A stretch of 64,000 bases of DNA, from positions 896,001-960,000 of the forward strand of contig CBDEUS010000002.1 of assembly GCA_965243395.1 (NCBI GenBank), given 5' to 3'. The notes beneath the pieces are model-generated. The model was not told where the DNA came from. It worked only from the letters and a program-made list of their open reading frames with translations, and searched no databases. The DNA comes from Gammaproteobacteria bacterium. GTDB taxonomy: Bacteria > Pseudomonadota > Gammaproteobacteria > UBA4575. The position numbers were made by a program, and so were the translations under genes. The first letter of the stretch is position 1, and each line of letters opens with the position of its first letter. Positions 41,547 through 53,036 of this stretch are shown here, one piece after another.

Positions 41547-42398
41547 ATGAGTGATTCAGGCACTTTGTACATTATTGCTACGCCTATAGGTAATCTTGCA
41601 GATATTTCTCTGCGAGCGTTAGACACTATAAAGGCTGTTAAGGTTTTATATGCCGAAGATACTCGAGTGACTCAACACTTATTAGAGCACTATGGTATCC
41701 AAGCTAAATTGCTGTCGCTACATGATTTTAATGAATCTAAGAGGATATCTTCAGTTATTGAGTACCTGCAAGCAGGAAATGATGTTGGTCTAGTATCTGA
41801 TGCGGGAACTCCGCTTATAAGTGATCCAGGATATAAATTGGTGGCGACCGTACAGGATGCGGGATTTGATGTACGCGCAATACCTGGGGCGAGTGCACTG
41901 ACAGCGGCACTTTCGGTATGTGGTTTACCAACCGATCGCTTTGTATTCGAAGGGTTTCTGCCTAAAACTGCCAACGATCGGTCTAAACGATTAGCTATGT
42001 TGAAGTTTGAATCTCGTACGATGGTATTTTATGAATCACCGCAACGTATAGAAGCATCTATACAATCTTGTATCGAAACAATGGGGGGTGATCGCAAAGC
42101 AGCATTATTACGTGAAATGACAAAACACTACGAACAACATTTTTGTGCTGATTTGAATACTATTCAGCAGCAGCTCGCGGGTCAAAAAGAAAAACTGCGA
42201 GGTGAGATGGTGTTGATTTTGCGTGGTAATGATTCGCAACAGGGCGAGGCCGAAATTGAAAAAGCCATGAAACTATTAGTGGACTTACAGCAGCATATAT
42301 CATTTAAAGACGCGGTTACTCTTGTGGCAAAACATACGGGTGTACGACGTAATCAGCTTTATTCTCATGGTCTAAAAGATAATTCTAATAATGAGTGA
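41547..42398 (+). CDS. rsmI: 16S rRNA (C1402-2'-O)-methyltransferase
   Basis: ATPIGNL, AEDTR, SDAGTPLISDPG, FYESP. Confidence 0.96.
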   Translation: MSDSGTLYIIATPIGNLADISLRALDTIKAVKVLYAEDTRVTQHLLEHYGIQAKLLSLHDFNESKRISSVIEYLQAGNDVGLVSDAGTPLISDPGYKLVATVQDAGFDVRAIPGASALTAALSVCGLPTDRFVFEGFLPKTANDRSKRLAMLKFESRTMVFYESPQRIEASIQSCIETMGGDRKAALLREMTKHYEQHFCADLNTIQQQLAGQKEKLRGEMVLILRGNDSQQGEAEIEKAMKLLVDLQQHISFKDAVTLVAKHTGVRRNQLYSHGLKDNSNNE

Positions 42399-42418
42399 GA
42401 GATGTTATCTTGTATAGC

Positions 42419-42805
42419 GGAGTTAGCTAAGCAGTCGCTGCTCCACTTAATTTGATGGAGCATATGTTTTCCACCAAATTAAGTGGGGCAGAGGAAAGTC
42501 CGGGCTCTATGGGCAAGGTGCCAGGTAACGCCTGGAGAACGTGAGTTCATGGAAAGTGCAACAGAAAGTAAACCGCCTAAGTTTTTAATTTGGGCAAGGG
42601 TGAAAAGGTGTGGTAAGAGCGCACCGCACAACTGGTAACAGGAGTGGCAAGGTAAACCCCACCCAGAGCAAGACCAAATAGAGGGGCAAGGAGCAATCCA
42701 GCGCATGGCCCGTGCGGTCCCCGGGTAGGTTGCTCGAGGCTTGTGGTGACATAAGCCCTAGATGAATGACTGCTCTCGACAGAACCCGGCTTATCGGCTA
42801 ACTCC
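42419..42805 (+). ncRNA. rnpB: RNase P RNA, class A
   Basis: P1 ends GGAGTTAGC / GGCTAACTCC; conserved GAGGAAAGTCCGGGC, AGTGCAACAGAA, GGTAAACCCC, GAGCAAGACCAAATAG, ACAGAACCCGGCTTA; canonical position between rsmI and mraZ. Confidence 0.97.
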
Positions 42806-43024
42806 AATTCAAGGCTGGCCATAGCTTTTCGTGTGTGCAGGATTGTGCTGAGCGAGCATGAAATATATCGCTACCCCCTATTCTTAATCTAAATTATCAC
42901 TATTCTCGTTTAAACCTTCAGAATCCCGTAAGTTAATCGCAAAATACCTTGTATTTTTCAGGGTATAAAGTGTCTTAACTATCTGTCTTATAAGAAATTT
43001 TTTAGCATTTTTCTATTTAATTAC

Positions 43025-43087
43025 TTGCAATCCGACGGGCTCGTTTCTATAGTGTCAAAAAGTGGGAAATTGTGGGAAAACATGGAA
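43025..43087 (+). promoter_or_regulatory. dcw/mraZ sigma-70 promoter and MraZ operator
   Basis: TTGCAA(43025)-N17-TATAGT(43048), then three 10-bp-phased boxes GTGGGA, GTGGGA, ATGGAA (43062, 43072, 43082) like the known MraZ TGGGN repeats. Confidence 0.8.
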
Positions 43088-43109
43088 TAAATGTTCGTGA
43101 CGAATACGT

Positions 43110-43562
43110 ATGTTTCAAGGAATCAACGATCTCAATTTGGATGCCAAAGGCCGTATGTCATTGCCTGCTCGATATCGCGACAGCATACAAGAAAGTTGTA
43201 CAGGCAGTTTAGTGATAACCGTTGATGTAGATCGCTGTTTACTGATTTACCCACAACCCGAATGGCATGTAATTCAACAAAAATTAATGCAGTTGCCAAG
43301 TATCAATAAACAAGTACGACGCTTACAACGTTTGTTACTTGGCCACGCAACAGAATGTGATGTGGATGGTAGTTATCGAATTTTATTGCCTCCACCACTG
43401 AGGAACTTTGCTAATTTGACAAAGCATGCTGTGCTGATTGGTCAAGGTAATAAGTTCGAGCTTTGGGATCAAGAAACATGGGAGAAAATGCGAGAGCGTT
43501 GGATTAAAGAGGAAAATAAATTAAGTGATATATCGGAAGCACTTGAAACACTCTCGATTTAA
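43110..43562 (+). CDS. mraZ: Division/cell wall cluster repressor MraZ
   Basis: LDAKGRMSLP, CLLIYP, GQGNKFELW. Confidence 0.96.
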   Translation: MFQGINDLNLDAKGRMSLPARYRDSIQESCTGSLVITVDVDRCLLIYPQPEWHVIQQKLMQLPSINKQVRRLQRLLLGHATECDVDGSYRILLPPPLRNFANLTKHAVLIGQGNKFELWDQETWEKMRERWIKEENKLSDISEALETLSI

Positions 43563-43564
43563 TA

Positions 43565-44500
43565 ATGAATGATGCCAAGTATGCGCATCAACCAGTATTG
43601 CTGGCAGAAGCTATAGAAGCTTTAAATATAAATCCAAATGGAAAATATATCGATTGTACATTTGGACGCGGAGGTCATAGCCAAGAAATATTAAATAGAT
43701 TGAGCAAACAAGGAAAATTACTTGCAATTGATCAAGACGCAGAAGCTATTGAGTATGGTAAAAAAAAATTTAACAACGACTCACGAATTATATTAACGCA
43801 AGTTAATTTTTCGAAAATTTTACAAGTGGCAAAAAAAAATAATTTTGATGATGGTGTGCAAGGTATCTTATTTGATTTAGGTGTTTCATCACCACAGTTA
43901 GATAATGCAATGAGGGGTTTTAGTTTTATGAAAGACGGCCCATTAGATATGCGTATGGATACTACGCAAGGTTTAAGCGCAGCTGAATGGCTGCAAAAAG
44001 TAAATGTGCCTACATTGACTAAAGTATTAAAAGAATATGGTCAAGAACGATTTAGTAACAAAATAGCCAAAGCGATTGCTAGGCAAAGAGAGGAAGCTCC
44101 CATACAAACTACCAAGCAGTTAGCTGATCTTGTGCTTAAAGCTGTTGGACGAGCACGCGAACATAAACACCCAGCAACACGCACATTCCAAGCTATACGA
44201 ATTTATATCAACAGAGAATTGGAAACTTTGACAACAGCTTTGGATGATTGTCTTAGTTTGTTAGCAGATACAGGACGTTTATTGGTAATCACTTTTCATT
44301 CGCTTGAAGACCAAGTTGTAAAGAATTTGTTGCGTAAACATAGTAACGCTCTTTTGCCACGTAAGTTGCCTGTAATCGATGAGCGTAAATTGAAATTAAA
44401 TAGAGTATGTAAAGCAATTAAACCAAGTGAAGATGAAATAGCTAGTAATCCTAGATCAAGAAGCTCGAAGCTTCACGTGTTGGAATGGGTTAAATGTTAG
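43565..44500 (+). CDS. rsmH: 16S rRNA m4C1402 methyltransferase
   Basis: HQPVLL, DCTFGRGGHS, DLGVSSPQLD, FQAIRI, NPRSRS. Confidence 0.97.
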   Translation: MNDAKYAHQPVLLAEAIEALNINPNGKYIDCTFGRGGHSQEILNRLSKQGKLLAIDQDAEAIEYGKKKFNNDSRIILTQVNFSKILQVAKKNNFDDGVQGILFDLGVSSPQLDNAMRGFSFMKDGPLDMRMDTTQGLSAAEWLQKVNVPTLTKVLKEYGQERFSNKIAKAIARQREEAPIQTTKQLADLVLKAVGRAREHKHPATRTFQAIRIYINRELETLTTALDDCLSLLADTGRLLVITFHSLEDQVVKNLLRKHSNALLPRKLPVIDERKLKLNRVCKAIKPSEDEIASNPRSRSSKLHVLEWVKC

Positions 44501-44766
44501 GGCGTGTGTTATTAGTGCTGGTGTTATTTGTTGCGAATGTGGCCACAGGTGTTGGTGTTGTTTATTCTAAACACTCTATGCGTAAGTCATTCATAGAATT
44601 GCAGGCTATGCAAAATAGCTTTGATGAATTGCAAGTTGAATGGGGTCGTTTTCAATTAGAGCAAAGTGCATGGGCGACTCATGGCAGAGTTGAAAAAATT
44701 GCACGTGAAAAATTAAATATGGATTTAGTGCATAAAGAAAGACTTATATTTCTTAAGACAGATTAA
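44494..44766 (+). CDS. ftsL: Cell division protein FtsL
   Basis: TM helix followed by coiled coil, LEQSAWATHGRVE; lies between rsmH and ftsI. Confidence 0.92.
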   Translation: MLGRVLLVLVLFVANVATGVGVVYSKHSMRKSFIELQAMQNSFDELQVEWGRFQLEQSAWATHGRVEKIAREKLNMDLVHKERLIFLKTD

Positions 44767-44774
44767 TTTTAAAA

Positions 44775-46493
44775 ATGAAGAAAAATCCAATTTTTCCAGC
44801 ACGCCGAATATTTTTGTTGTCTATGTTTGTAATTGGTCTCGGTGGTTTGTTTGTAAGATCAGTTTATTTACAACTATTCGAGCACGAGTTTTTAGAGGAG
44901 GAAGGTAAGGCGCGCCATCTGCGAGTAGTCGAAATTCCTGCCCACCGTGGCATGATTTTAGATCGAAATGGGGAGCTACTCGCAGTGAGCACGCCTATAC
45001 ACTCTGTGTGGGCTAATCCGTTGGAAGCATTACAGAGCCACAAAGCTATTCGTAATCTTGCCCTTATCCTTGATATGAATGCGGACCGCTTAATTAAAAA
45101 GTTGCAAGGTAAAAAAGATCGTCAATTCTTATATGTGAAACGACACATTGGTCCACAACAGGCTGAAAAATTAAAACAATTAAATAGTAAAGGTATCCAT
45201 CTACAGCGCGAATATCGTCGCTATTATCCAACTGCAGAAGTTAGTTCTCATCTTTTAGGATTTACAGATATTGATGATAAAGGGTTAGAAGGAATCGAAC
45301 TTGCATACGAGCAATGGTTGCGAGGTCAACCGGGTGCAAAAAAAGTTATTAAGGATTCTTACAATCGAATTGTTGAAGACGTTGAGGCGATGAAAATACC
45401 AGAACCTGGGAAAGATATCGTACTTAGTATCGATAGAAGAATTCAATACCTTGCTTACCGAGAACTAAAAGCCAATCATTCTAAACATCGTGCTAAAGCT
45501 GCTTCCGCTGTTTTAATTGATGCCAGAACGGGGGAGGTGTTGGCAATGGCAAATACGCCCGCATTTAATCCAAATAATCGTACTGGTTATAGTCGTGGCA
45601 CATATCGTAATCGAGCAGTTACGGATGTTTATGAACCTGGTTCAACAATAAAACCTTTTACGATCGCATCAGCATTAGAGTCACAGCGTTATTCTCAAAA
45701 TACGATTATTGATACCTCTCCGGGTGAATATCAGATTGGTGAGTTTACGATTCGCGATCATAAGGATTATGGCGCACTTTCGGTAAGTGAAATTATTCTT
45801 AAATCGAGTAATGTTGGTGCGACAAAAATTGCGCAAACTATTCCTGCACAAGAATTATGGTCTACTTTTAGTGCAATCGGGATTGGTCATTCAACAGAAT
45901 CTGGTTTTCCTGGTGAAGTTTCAGGACACTTAAAATATTTCCAGGACTGGCGCAAAGTGGAACATGCCACGATGTCTTATGGTTATGGCATGTCGATGAC
46001 GAGTTTGCAGCTTGCAAGATCTTACATGGTGTTAGCGTCAGGTGGGCAGTTACTACCTATTTCCATGCTACGAAAATCTGAAAAAGAGCTTGCCGAAATG
46101 AGCAAAACTCCTGCCATCTTTTCGCCACAAACAGTTGATAAAGTTGTCAGCATGTTGACTGCTGTGGTGTCCGATGAAGGCACCGGTTCACGTGCAGCAA
46201 TACCTGGATACAGTGTGGCAGGTAAAACGGGCACGGTGCATAAATCTTCTAAAGGCGGCTATGAAGAAGATAAGTATATTTCAGTATTTGCAGGTATGGC
46301 GCCCGCGAGTGATCCAAAATTGGTGTTGGTTGTCATGGTAAATCAACCAAATAGAGGAGTTTATTTCGGTGGCGAAGTAGCGGCACCTATTTTTTCTAAG
46401 ATCATGGGAGGTGCTTTACGCATCCTTAATATTTCACCAGATCGAGTGCCTTTACAGGCAAATGTTGAGCAATCTCAAAATCATGCTGGTTAG
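44775..46493 (+). CDS. ftsI: Peptidoglycan D,D-transpeptidase PBP3
   Basis: RGMILDRNG, RRYYP, GLEGIE, SxxK (STIK), SxN (SSN), KTGT. Confidence 0.96.
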   Translation: MKKNPIFPARRIFLLSMFVIGLGGLFVRSVYLQLFEHEFLEEEGKARHLRVVEIPAHRGMILDRNGELLAVSTPIHSVWANPLEALQSHKAIRNLALILDMNADRLIKKLQGKKDRQFLYVKRHIGPQQAEKLKQLNSKGIHLQREYRRYYPTAEVSSHLLGFTDIDDKGLEGIELAYEQWLRGQPGAKKVIKDSYNRIVEDVEAMKIPEPGKDIVLSIDRRIQYLAYRELKANHSKHRAKAASAVLIDARTGEVLAMANTPAFNPNNRTGYSRGTYRNRAVTDVYEPGSTIKPFTIASALESQRYSQNTIIDTSPGEYQIGEFTIRDHKDYGALSVSEIILKSSNVGATKIAQTIPAQELWSTFSAIGIGHSTESGFPGEVSGHLKYFQDWRKVEHATMSYGYGMSMTSLQLARSYMVLASGGQLLPISMLRKSEKELAEMSKTPAIFSPQTVDKVVSMLTAVVSDEGTGSRAAIPGYSVAGKTGTVHKSSKGGYEEDKYISVFAGMAPASDPKLVLVVMVNQPNRGVYFGGEVAAPIFSKIMGGALRILNISPDRVPLQANVEQSQNHAG

Positions 46494-46496
46494 TGT

Positions 46497-48011
46497 ATGC
46501 AAAAGATTAGCTGGCCTTTGGATAAGTTGCTAAAGGGCTATGTAACCTTGCAAGAACATTATTCTGCTATTTCTGTGAATGGTTTAAGCGTAGATAGTCG
46601 TACTACTTCTTCGGGTGAATTATTTTTCGCATTGCAAGGTTTGCAACAGCATGGTTTGCAGTATAGCCAACAAGCTGTCGATAAAGGTGCAGCGGCAATG
46701 GTATGGGAGTCAAGCCCAAAAGTCTCAAAACAAGATTTGCCTGAGCATATTGTTTGCATCGAAATAGCAGATTTACAAAACAAGCTTGGATTGATCAGTC
46801 AACGTTTTTATGACGATTGTTCATTACATATGCATGTAATTGGCGTCACAGGAACTGATGGCAAAACATCAGTAAGTCAATTTATTGCACAAGCATTGCA
46901 AAACTTAAAACTTTCTTGTGGTGTGATTGGCACACTTGGTTATGGTGTTTATCCAAAATATAACGATGCTAGCCATACAACTCCTGATGTAATAAAAACT
47001 CATAGCTTGTTACATAATTATTATATAAATAATGTGAAACATGCAGTGATCGAAGCATCTTCACATGGATTAACTCAAGGAAGACTTGTAGGAGTAAATT
47101 TTAATACCGCAGTTTTTACAAATTTAGGGCGTGACCATATGGATTATCACGACTCTATGGAAGATTATGAAAATGCTAAGCGAAAACTTTTTCAAAGTAA
47201 GAATCTAGAAAACGCAGTAATTAATGTTGATGATGACTTTGGTCTTCGGTTAGCCAATGAGTTTTCCGATAAACTCAATGTGGTTACATATTCAATACAA
47301 GCAGATTCAGCGCAATCAGATTCTTTTATTAAAGCGGTCAATATTAAGTATGCACAAGATAATACAAGCTTTGAAATTATTTCTAGCTGGGGAGAAGCAA
47401 AGCTTACGACTCAATTAGTCGGGAATTTTAATGTTAGCAATTTGTTAGCAGTGCTGGGAGTTTTATTAGTAAAAGGTGTTTTATTCGCTGACGCAATTCG
47501 AGCTGTTGAATCTATGAAGACGGTTGCGGGTCGCTTGGAATTCATTACAGACAGTAAAGCTTCGTCTAAATTAAATCCCTGCGTTGTTATAGATTATGCA
47601 CATACACCGCAAGCACTTGCGAACGTCTTAAGAGTATTGCGTGATCAGTGTGCTGGTAAGCTTTGGTGTGTATTTGGGTGTGGGGGTAACCGTGATCAGG
47701 GTAAGCGAACACTCATGGCCGAAGCGGTAGAGCGTTATGCAGACGTAGCTGTGCTGACTGATGATAATCCGCGATTTGAAGACCCGAAAGCAATTACCAG
47801 TGAAGTGCAGCAAGGGTTTTCTGAATCATACTCATATTCACTAATACACGATCGCCGCGATGCAATATCTTATGCTATTCAACATGCAAGTCACGAAGAT
47901 ATTGTGCTCATTGCAGGCAAAGGGCATGAAGCAGTACAAATTATAAAAGGCAAGCAATTTCCATTTGATGATAAAAAAATTGCCCATGAGGTGTTACAGC
48001 AAAGCTCATGA
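46497..48011 (+). CDS. murE: UDP-MurNAc-dipeptide--meso-DAP ligase
   Basis: GVTGTDGKT, EASSHG, DYAHTP, DNPR (DAP specificity), AGKGHE. Confidence 0.96.
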   Translation: MQKISWPLDKLLKGYVTLQEHYSAISVNGLSVDSRTTSSGELFFALQGLQQHGLQYSQQAVDKGAAAMVWESSPKVSKQDLPEHIVCIEIADLQNKLGLISQRFYDDCSLHMHVIGVTGTDGKTSVSQFIAQALQNLKLSCGVIGTLGYGVYPKYNDASHTTPDVIKTHSLLHNYYINNVKHAVIEASSHGLTQGRLVGVNFNTAVFTNLGRDHMDYHDSMEDYENAKRKLFQSKNLENAVINVDDDFGLRLANEFSDKLNVVTYSIQADSAQSDSFIKAVNIKYAQDNTSFEIISSWGEAKLTTQLVGNFNVSNLLAVLGVLLVKGVLFADAIRAVESMKTVAGRLEFITDSKASSKLNPCVVIDYAHTPQALANVLRVLRDQCAGKLWCVFGCGGNRDQGKRTLMAEAVERYADVAVLTDDNPRFEDPKAITSEVQQGFSESYSYSLIHDRRDAISYAIQHASHEDIVLIAGKGHEAVQIIKGKQFPFDDKKIAHEVLQQSS

Positions 48012-49411
48012 AATTATCATTAAAAGAAATTGCCGAAATTGCTCATGGTCAGCTCATTGGCGCCGATTTACAAATCGATGGCTTGTCTACAGACACACGT
48101 AGTGTAAAAAATGAAGAACTCTTTGTTGCTTTAGTAGGTCAGGTATTTGATCCGCATGAGTTAATTGAGCGCAATAAATCAGTCAAAGCCGCGGCTGTTC
48201 TTGTGCAGCGTGAAGTTAATACAGATATTCCTCAGATAATTGTTGAAGACACGTATCAAGCGTTACAGGATCTTGCTTTAGCATGGCGTGAACGTTTTAA
48301 CTTACCTGTTGTTGGTGTTACAGGTTCAAACGGTAAAACATCAGTTAAAGAACTCATAAAAAATATTTTAAGCACCCAAGGAGAAATTTTAGCTACTGTA
48401 GGAAATTTAAATAACCACATTGGTGTGCCACTCACTTTAAGCAAATTAAATGATAAACACTGTTTTGCTGTTATCGAGATGGGCGCGAACCATGCTGGTG
48501 AAATTGCAACATTGGCTAAGCTCGCACAGCCAAATATTGGCGTGATTACAAATATCGGTCCTGCTCATTTAGAGGGGTTTGGGTCTATTGAAGGTGTGGC
48601 GCGTGCTAAGGCTGAACTATATGCAAATTTAAATCCAAATGGTGTTGCAGTGGTCAATGCGGATGATTCATTTCGGGAATCATGGGCAGATGAAATAGGT
48701 GATCGTATGCAAATAAGTTTTGGAGCCGAAAAAAAAGCAGATGTTAGCGGAAAATTTGTTGCAGATGACTTAATTGAAATTTCTACCCCAATAGGTGAAA
48801 TACGAATAAAACCTCAAATAACGGGTGCGCATGCATTGCTGAATATATTAGCTGCCACCGCAGTAGGTTTAGCCATAGGGATTGATTTAGATGATATCAA
48901 ATCAGGTATAGAAGCCACACAAGCAGTACAAGGTCGTTTAACAAAGATTGAGGGTTTAACTGGTGCGACTATTTTAGATGATAGCTATAACGCTAACCCG
49001 GCATCATTAGCAGCAGCTTTAGATGTACAAGCTAAAGAGTCAGGCGAGCATTGGTTGGTATTAGGGGATATGGGTGAATTGGGGGATGAAAGTGAATTTA
49101 TGCATCAGAAAGCGGGTGAAATTGCCAAACAATTTGGAGTGACACGTTTATTTGCCTACGGGGATCATACTAAACATAGTGTTAAGACATTTGGGAAAGG
49201 CGCCAAACACTTTTCCAGTCATGCTGAAATTGTAACTGAATTACAAGCTGAAATAACAAAAGATGTTTGCGTGCTTGTAAAAGGTTCGCGTGCCATGCAA
49301 ATGGAAAAAATTGTTACTGGAATTAAAAGTAATAAAGCGTCTGGAAATAAAAAGTTAAACGGAAAAGCAAACGGTCAAAGCAACTTGGAGCATAAAGAAC
49401 ATGCTGCTTAG
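48008..49411 (+). CDS. murF: UDP-MurNAc-tripeptide--D-Ala-D-Ala ligase
   Basis: [34 protein letters not shown]. Confidence 0.96.
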   Translation: MKLSLKEIAEIAHGQLIGADLQIDGLSTDTRSVKNEELFVALVGQVFDPHELIERNKSVKAAAVLVQREVNTDIPQIIVEDTYQALQDLALAWRERFNLPVVGVTGSNGKTSVKELIKNILSTQGEILATVGNLNNHIGVPLTLSKLNDKHCFAVIEMGANHAGEIATLAKLAQPNIGVITNIGPAHLEGFGSIEGVARAKAELYANLNPNGVAVVNADDSFRESWADEIGDRMQISFGAEKKADVSGKFVADDLIEISTPIGEIRIKPQITGAHALLNILAATAVGLAIGIDLDDIKSGIEATQAVQGRLTKIEGLTGATILDDSYNANPASLAAALDVQAKESGEHWLVLGDMGELGDESEFMHQKAGEIAKQFGVTRLFAYGDHTKHSVKTFGKGAKHFSSHAEIVTELQAEITKDVCVLVKGSRAMQMEKIVTGIKSNKASGNKKLNGKANGQSNLEHKEHAA

Positions 49412-50483
49412 CTTATTTGAGTATTTAGAACAGTATCATTCTGGATTTAATGTATTTCAGTATTTAACTCTTCGCTCTATTTTGGGTGTATTAACTGCAC
49501 TAACTATCTGTTTCCTCACTGGACCAATAATGATTCGTAAGTTGACTACTTATAGTGTGAATCAAAATGTAAGAGATGATGGACCGCAAACACACTTGGC
49601 AAAGGCAGGCACTCCAACTATGGGGGGCGCTTTTCTTTTAGTATCTATCTTAGTTAGCGCACTTCTATGGAGTGATTTAACTAACCGTTATGTGTGGTTT
49701 GTAATCGCAACAACTTTCTTATTTGGTTTAGTTGGAGCGGTAGATGACATAAAAAAGTTGCTTAGCCGATCAAGCAAGGGGTTGTCGGCAAAGAGCAAAT
49801 ATTTTTGGCAGTCTGTAATTGGTTTAGGTGCTGCATTTTTTATTTTTAGTCTTGCCACATTGTCACAAGAAACGAGTTTATATGTTCCGTTTTTCAAGAA
49901 TGTAATCATTCCATTAGGTATTTGGTTCATCCCGCTTACGTATTTTGTAATTGTGGGGTCAAGTAACGCAGTAAATTTCACGGACGGCCTGGACGGGCTT
50001 GCCATTATGCCGGTTGTAATGGTTACAGGTGCGCTGGGTGTGTTTGCATATCTTAGTGGCAACATTAATTTCTCAAATTATCTGGGAATTCAACATTTAC
50101 CACTCAGTGGTGAACTAGTGGTGTTTTGTGGTGCGGTAGTCGGCGCCGGCTTGGGATTTCTTTGGTTCAATGCGTATCCCGCACAAGTATTCATGGGAGA
50201 TGTGGGTGCACTTGCATTAGGTGCTGCGGTAGGGGTATTGGCTGTTTTGGTTCGGCAGGAAATTGTTCTTGTGATAATGGGTGGAGTTTTCGTATTAGAA
50301 ACTGTTTCAGTCATCATGCAAGTAGTCTCTTTTAAGCTCACTGGCAAACGAATTTTTCAAATGGCGCCACTACATCATCATTTTGAATTAAAAGGTTGGC
50401 CAGAACCAAGAGTGATTGTGCGATTTTGGATCATTACTTTTATATTGGTTTTAGTTGGTTTGGCCACTCTGAAACTCAGATAG
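49401..50483 (+). CDS. mraY: Phospho-N-acetylmuramoyl-pentapeptide transferase
   Basis: [33 protein letters not shown]. Confidence 0.98.
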   Translation: MLLSLFEYLEQYHSGFNVFQYLTLRSILGVLTALTICFLTGPIMIRKLTTYSVNQNVRDDGPQTHLAKAGTPTMGGAFLLVSILVSALLWSDLTNRYVWFVIATTFLFGLVGAVDDIKKLLSRSSKGLSAKSKYFWQSVIGLGAAFFIFSLATLSQETSLYVPFFKNVIIPLGIWFIPLTYFVIVGSSNAVNFTDGLDGLAIMPVVMVTGALGVFAYLSGNINFSNYLGIQHLPLSGELVVFCGAVVGAGLGFLWFNAYPAQVFMGDVGALALGAAVGVLAVLVRQEIVLVIMGGVFVLETVSVIMQVVSFKLTGKRIFQMAPLHHHFELKGWPEPRVIVRFWIITFILVLVGLATLKLR

Positions 50484-50499
50484 CAAATAGATTATTGGA

Positions 50500-51849
50500 A
50501 TGGGATTAGCATTGAAAAAAGAATCAATCAATCAGCAAACTGTTGTGATTGGTCTGGGAGAGACAGGAATATCTGTTGCTAATTACTTAAGTAAACAGGG
50601 CATTGATTTCAAAGTGTTTGACACAAGATCCAATCCACCACAATTAACTATATTCAAACAAAAATATCCTAGTGTTGAAATACAGTTAGGAGAATTTTCT
50701 GTAAAAGATTTTCAGGACGCGCAACAAATTATTGCAAGCCCGGGCATTGATATTAATCAAACTGAAATACGTGAAGCTATTATTCAGAATGATTGTGAGT
50801 GTATAGGGGATATTGAATTGTTTGCGCGAGGTGTAAACAAACCTGTAGTGGCTATTACGGGCTCAAATGGTAAGAGCACAGTAACCAGCTTGGTGGCTGA
50901 AATGGCCAATACAGCAGGCGTAAAGGCTTATGCGGGTGGGAATTTATCTCCACCGGCACTAAGTTTGCTAGAAAATGATGATGCAGAATTATTTGTTTTA
51001 GAACTTTCTAGTTTTCAGCTTGAGTCTACCTATTCACTAAAACCTACTGTAAGTGCTGTACTGAATGTCTCCCCTGATCATTTAGATCGTCATGGAGATA
51101 TAGATAATTATGCTCGAATTAAAGAGCGTATTTATACAAATGCGGTATCAAGCATTATTAATATCGATGATAGTTTTGTGGCTAACATGAAAACCTCAGG
51201 GCAAGTTGTTTCATTTAGTTCACAACAGCCTGAAGATGATGAATTTGGGGTTATACAGCAAGAAGATTTACTATATTTAGCATTCGGAAATAATGCCTTA
51301 TTACCTGTTAGTGAATTAGCATTGCGTGGTGAGGCTGGTATTTTAAATTCACTTGCAGCTTTAGCTATTGGGCAAGCATTAAAGTTACCAATGCAAAAAA
51401 TGCTAGAGACTTTAAAAACATTTAAAGGTTTGCCTCATCGTTTAGCTTTAGTGGCAGAATTGAATGGTGTTTCTTGGTTCAATGATTCTAAGGGAACCAA
51501 TATAGGCGCTACAGTAAGCTCATTGCGTAGTTTAGAGAATAATATAATTTTAATTGCTGGAGGTATTTTTAAGGGCGGTGATCTCGAATTTCTCACTCAT
51601 GCAATTAAACAACATGCGAAACATGTGATTTTAATTGGTCAAGCATCAAAATTATTCCAACAAGCGCTAAAAAATTCTATCGAAGTTTCATATGCTGATT
51701 CTATGCAACATGCAGTGGGAATCGCTCAGCAGATCGCAGTTGAATGTGACAAAGTTTTACTATCGCCTGCCTGTGCAAGTTTTGATATGTATTCAAATTA
51801 TATTGAACGGGGTAAGGATTTTGAGAATTGTGTTCGAGAGGTGTTGTAA
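50500..51849 (+). CDS. murD: UDP-MurNAc-L-Ala--D-Glu ligase
   Basis: GLGETG, ITGSNGKSTV, ELSSFQL, NDSKGTN, SPACASFD. Confidence 0.96.
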   Translation: MGLALKKESINQQTVVIGLGETGISVANYLSKQGIDFKVFDTRSNPPQLTIFKQKYPSVEIQLGEFSVKDFQDAQQIIASPGIDINQTEIREAIIQNDCECIGDIELFARGVNKPVVAITGSNGKSTVTSLVAEMANTAGVKAYAGGNLSPPALSLLENDDAELFVLELSSFQLESTYSLKPTVSAVLNVSPDHLDRHGDIDNYARIKERIYTNAVSSIINIDDSFVANMKTSGQVVSFSSQQPEDDEFGVIQQEDLLYLAFGNNALLPVSELALRGEAGILNSLAALAIGQALKLPMQKMLETLKTFKGLPHRLALVAELNGVSWFNDSKGTNIGATVSSLRSLENNIILIAGGIFKGGDLEFLTHAIKQHAKHVILIGQASKLFQQALKNSIEVSYADSMQHAVGIAQQIAVECDKVLLSPACASFDMYSNYIERGKDFENCVREVL

Positions 51850-51851
51850 GT

Positions 51852-53015
51852 ATGTCAAAACAAGCAGCACGTAATAAATCTACTAGTTTGGAAATTACGC
51901 TGGAGAAATATTGCGACCCTAATCTGATGTTCGCAGTTGTCATGTTGTTAGGTATTGGTTTAGTAATGGTTGCCTCGTCCTCAATTGAAATTGCAGATCG
52001 TGCTACAGGTGATCCTCTTTATTATTTTAAGCGTCAATTTGTATTTGCCTTAATGGGAATTTCAGCAGGCTATGTACTTACTAAAATTCGCTTAGCACAT
52101 TGGGAAAGTTCTGGAATGGCTATTTTGTTACTAATGATAGTTCTACTGTCATTAGTATTGATTCCGGGCCTAGGAAGGACCGTAAATGGTAGTACTAGAT
52201 GGCTAGCGCTTGGGCCATTTGGTTTACAGGTGTCTGAAGCCGTTAAGCTTCTTTTGATAATTTATCTTGCAGGTTATGTAGTTAGACAAGGAAAACAAAT
52301 TCGCGAATCATTCATTGGGTTTATTAAACCTATGATGATTTTAGTCGTGTTGTTCACCTTGTTGTTATTAGAACCAGACTTTGGAGCAGCTTTGGTATTA
52401 CTCATTACAGCATTAGGAATGCTTTATCTTGCAGGTGTAAAATTTTGGAAATTTGGTTTGTTACTTATGGCATCAGCTATTTCTATGGTGTTTGTAGCAA
52501 TTTCTTCTCCTTATCGCGTTGAGCGATTCACTGCTTTTCTCAATCCATGGTCCGATCCTTTTGGTACCGGGTTCCAACTGACTCAATCATTAATTGCCAT
52601 AGGTAGTGGCGCTTGGACAGGTTTAGGACTAGGTGCAAGCGTACAAAAGTTATTTTATTTACCTGAAGCGCATACCGACTTTGTATTTGCCGTGATTGCA
52701 GAAGAGTTGGGTCTAGTTGGTGCAACGGCGGTGATTGGATTATATATTTTATTAATTTATCGATGTTTTGTTATAGGCAAAATGGTTGAGAAGAAAGGTA
52801 TGAAATTTGGTGCTCAAATAGCTTACGGCATTGGTATATGGTTAGGATTGCAAGCTTTTATCAATATTGGTGTAAATACAGGTGTGTTGCCGACAAAGGG
52901 ACTTACGTTGCCATTTATAAGTGCAGGAGGAAGTAGCTTGTTAGTAGTTTGTATGGCAATTGGACTCATTACTCGCGTATATACGGAGGGATTAGCTAAA
53001 GCACCCCATCGATGA
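51852..53015 (+). CDS. ftsW: SEDS peptidoglycan polymerase FtsW
   Basis: NGSTRW, QVSE, EPDFG, LPEAHTDF, LPTKGLTLP. Start placed at ATG 51852. Confidence 0.96.
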   Translation: MSKQAARNKSTSLEITLEKYCDPNLMFAVVMLLGIGLVMVASSSIEIADRATGDPLYYFKRQFVFALMGISAGYVLTKIRLAHWESSGMAILLLMIVLLSLVLIPGLGRTVNGSTRWLALGPFGLQVSEAVKLLLIIYLAGYVVRQGKQIRESFIGFIKPMMILVVLFTLLLLEPDFGAALVLLITALGMLYLAGVKFWKFGLLLMASAISMVFVAISSPYRVERFTAFLNPWSDPFGTGFQLTQSLIAIGSGAWTGLGLGASVQKLFYLPEAHTDFVFAVIAEELGLVGATAVIGLYILLIYRCFVIGKMVEKKGMKFGAQIAYGIGIWLGLQAFINIGVNTGVLPTKGLTLPFISAGGSSLLVVCMAIGLITRVYTEGLAKAPHR

Positions 53016-53036
53016 TGGTGTTTGGGTGATTTAAAT

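Noticed and set aside
42438-42491. Long near-perfect hairpin resembling an inserted repeat
   Set aside because: It is the length-variable P3 helix of RNase P RNA.
42479-42822. Two small minus-strand ORFs (75 and 81 aa)
   Set aside because: Antisense to the RNase P RNA, which fully explains the sequence.
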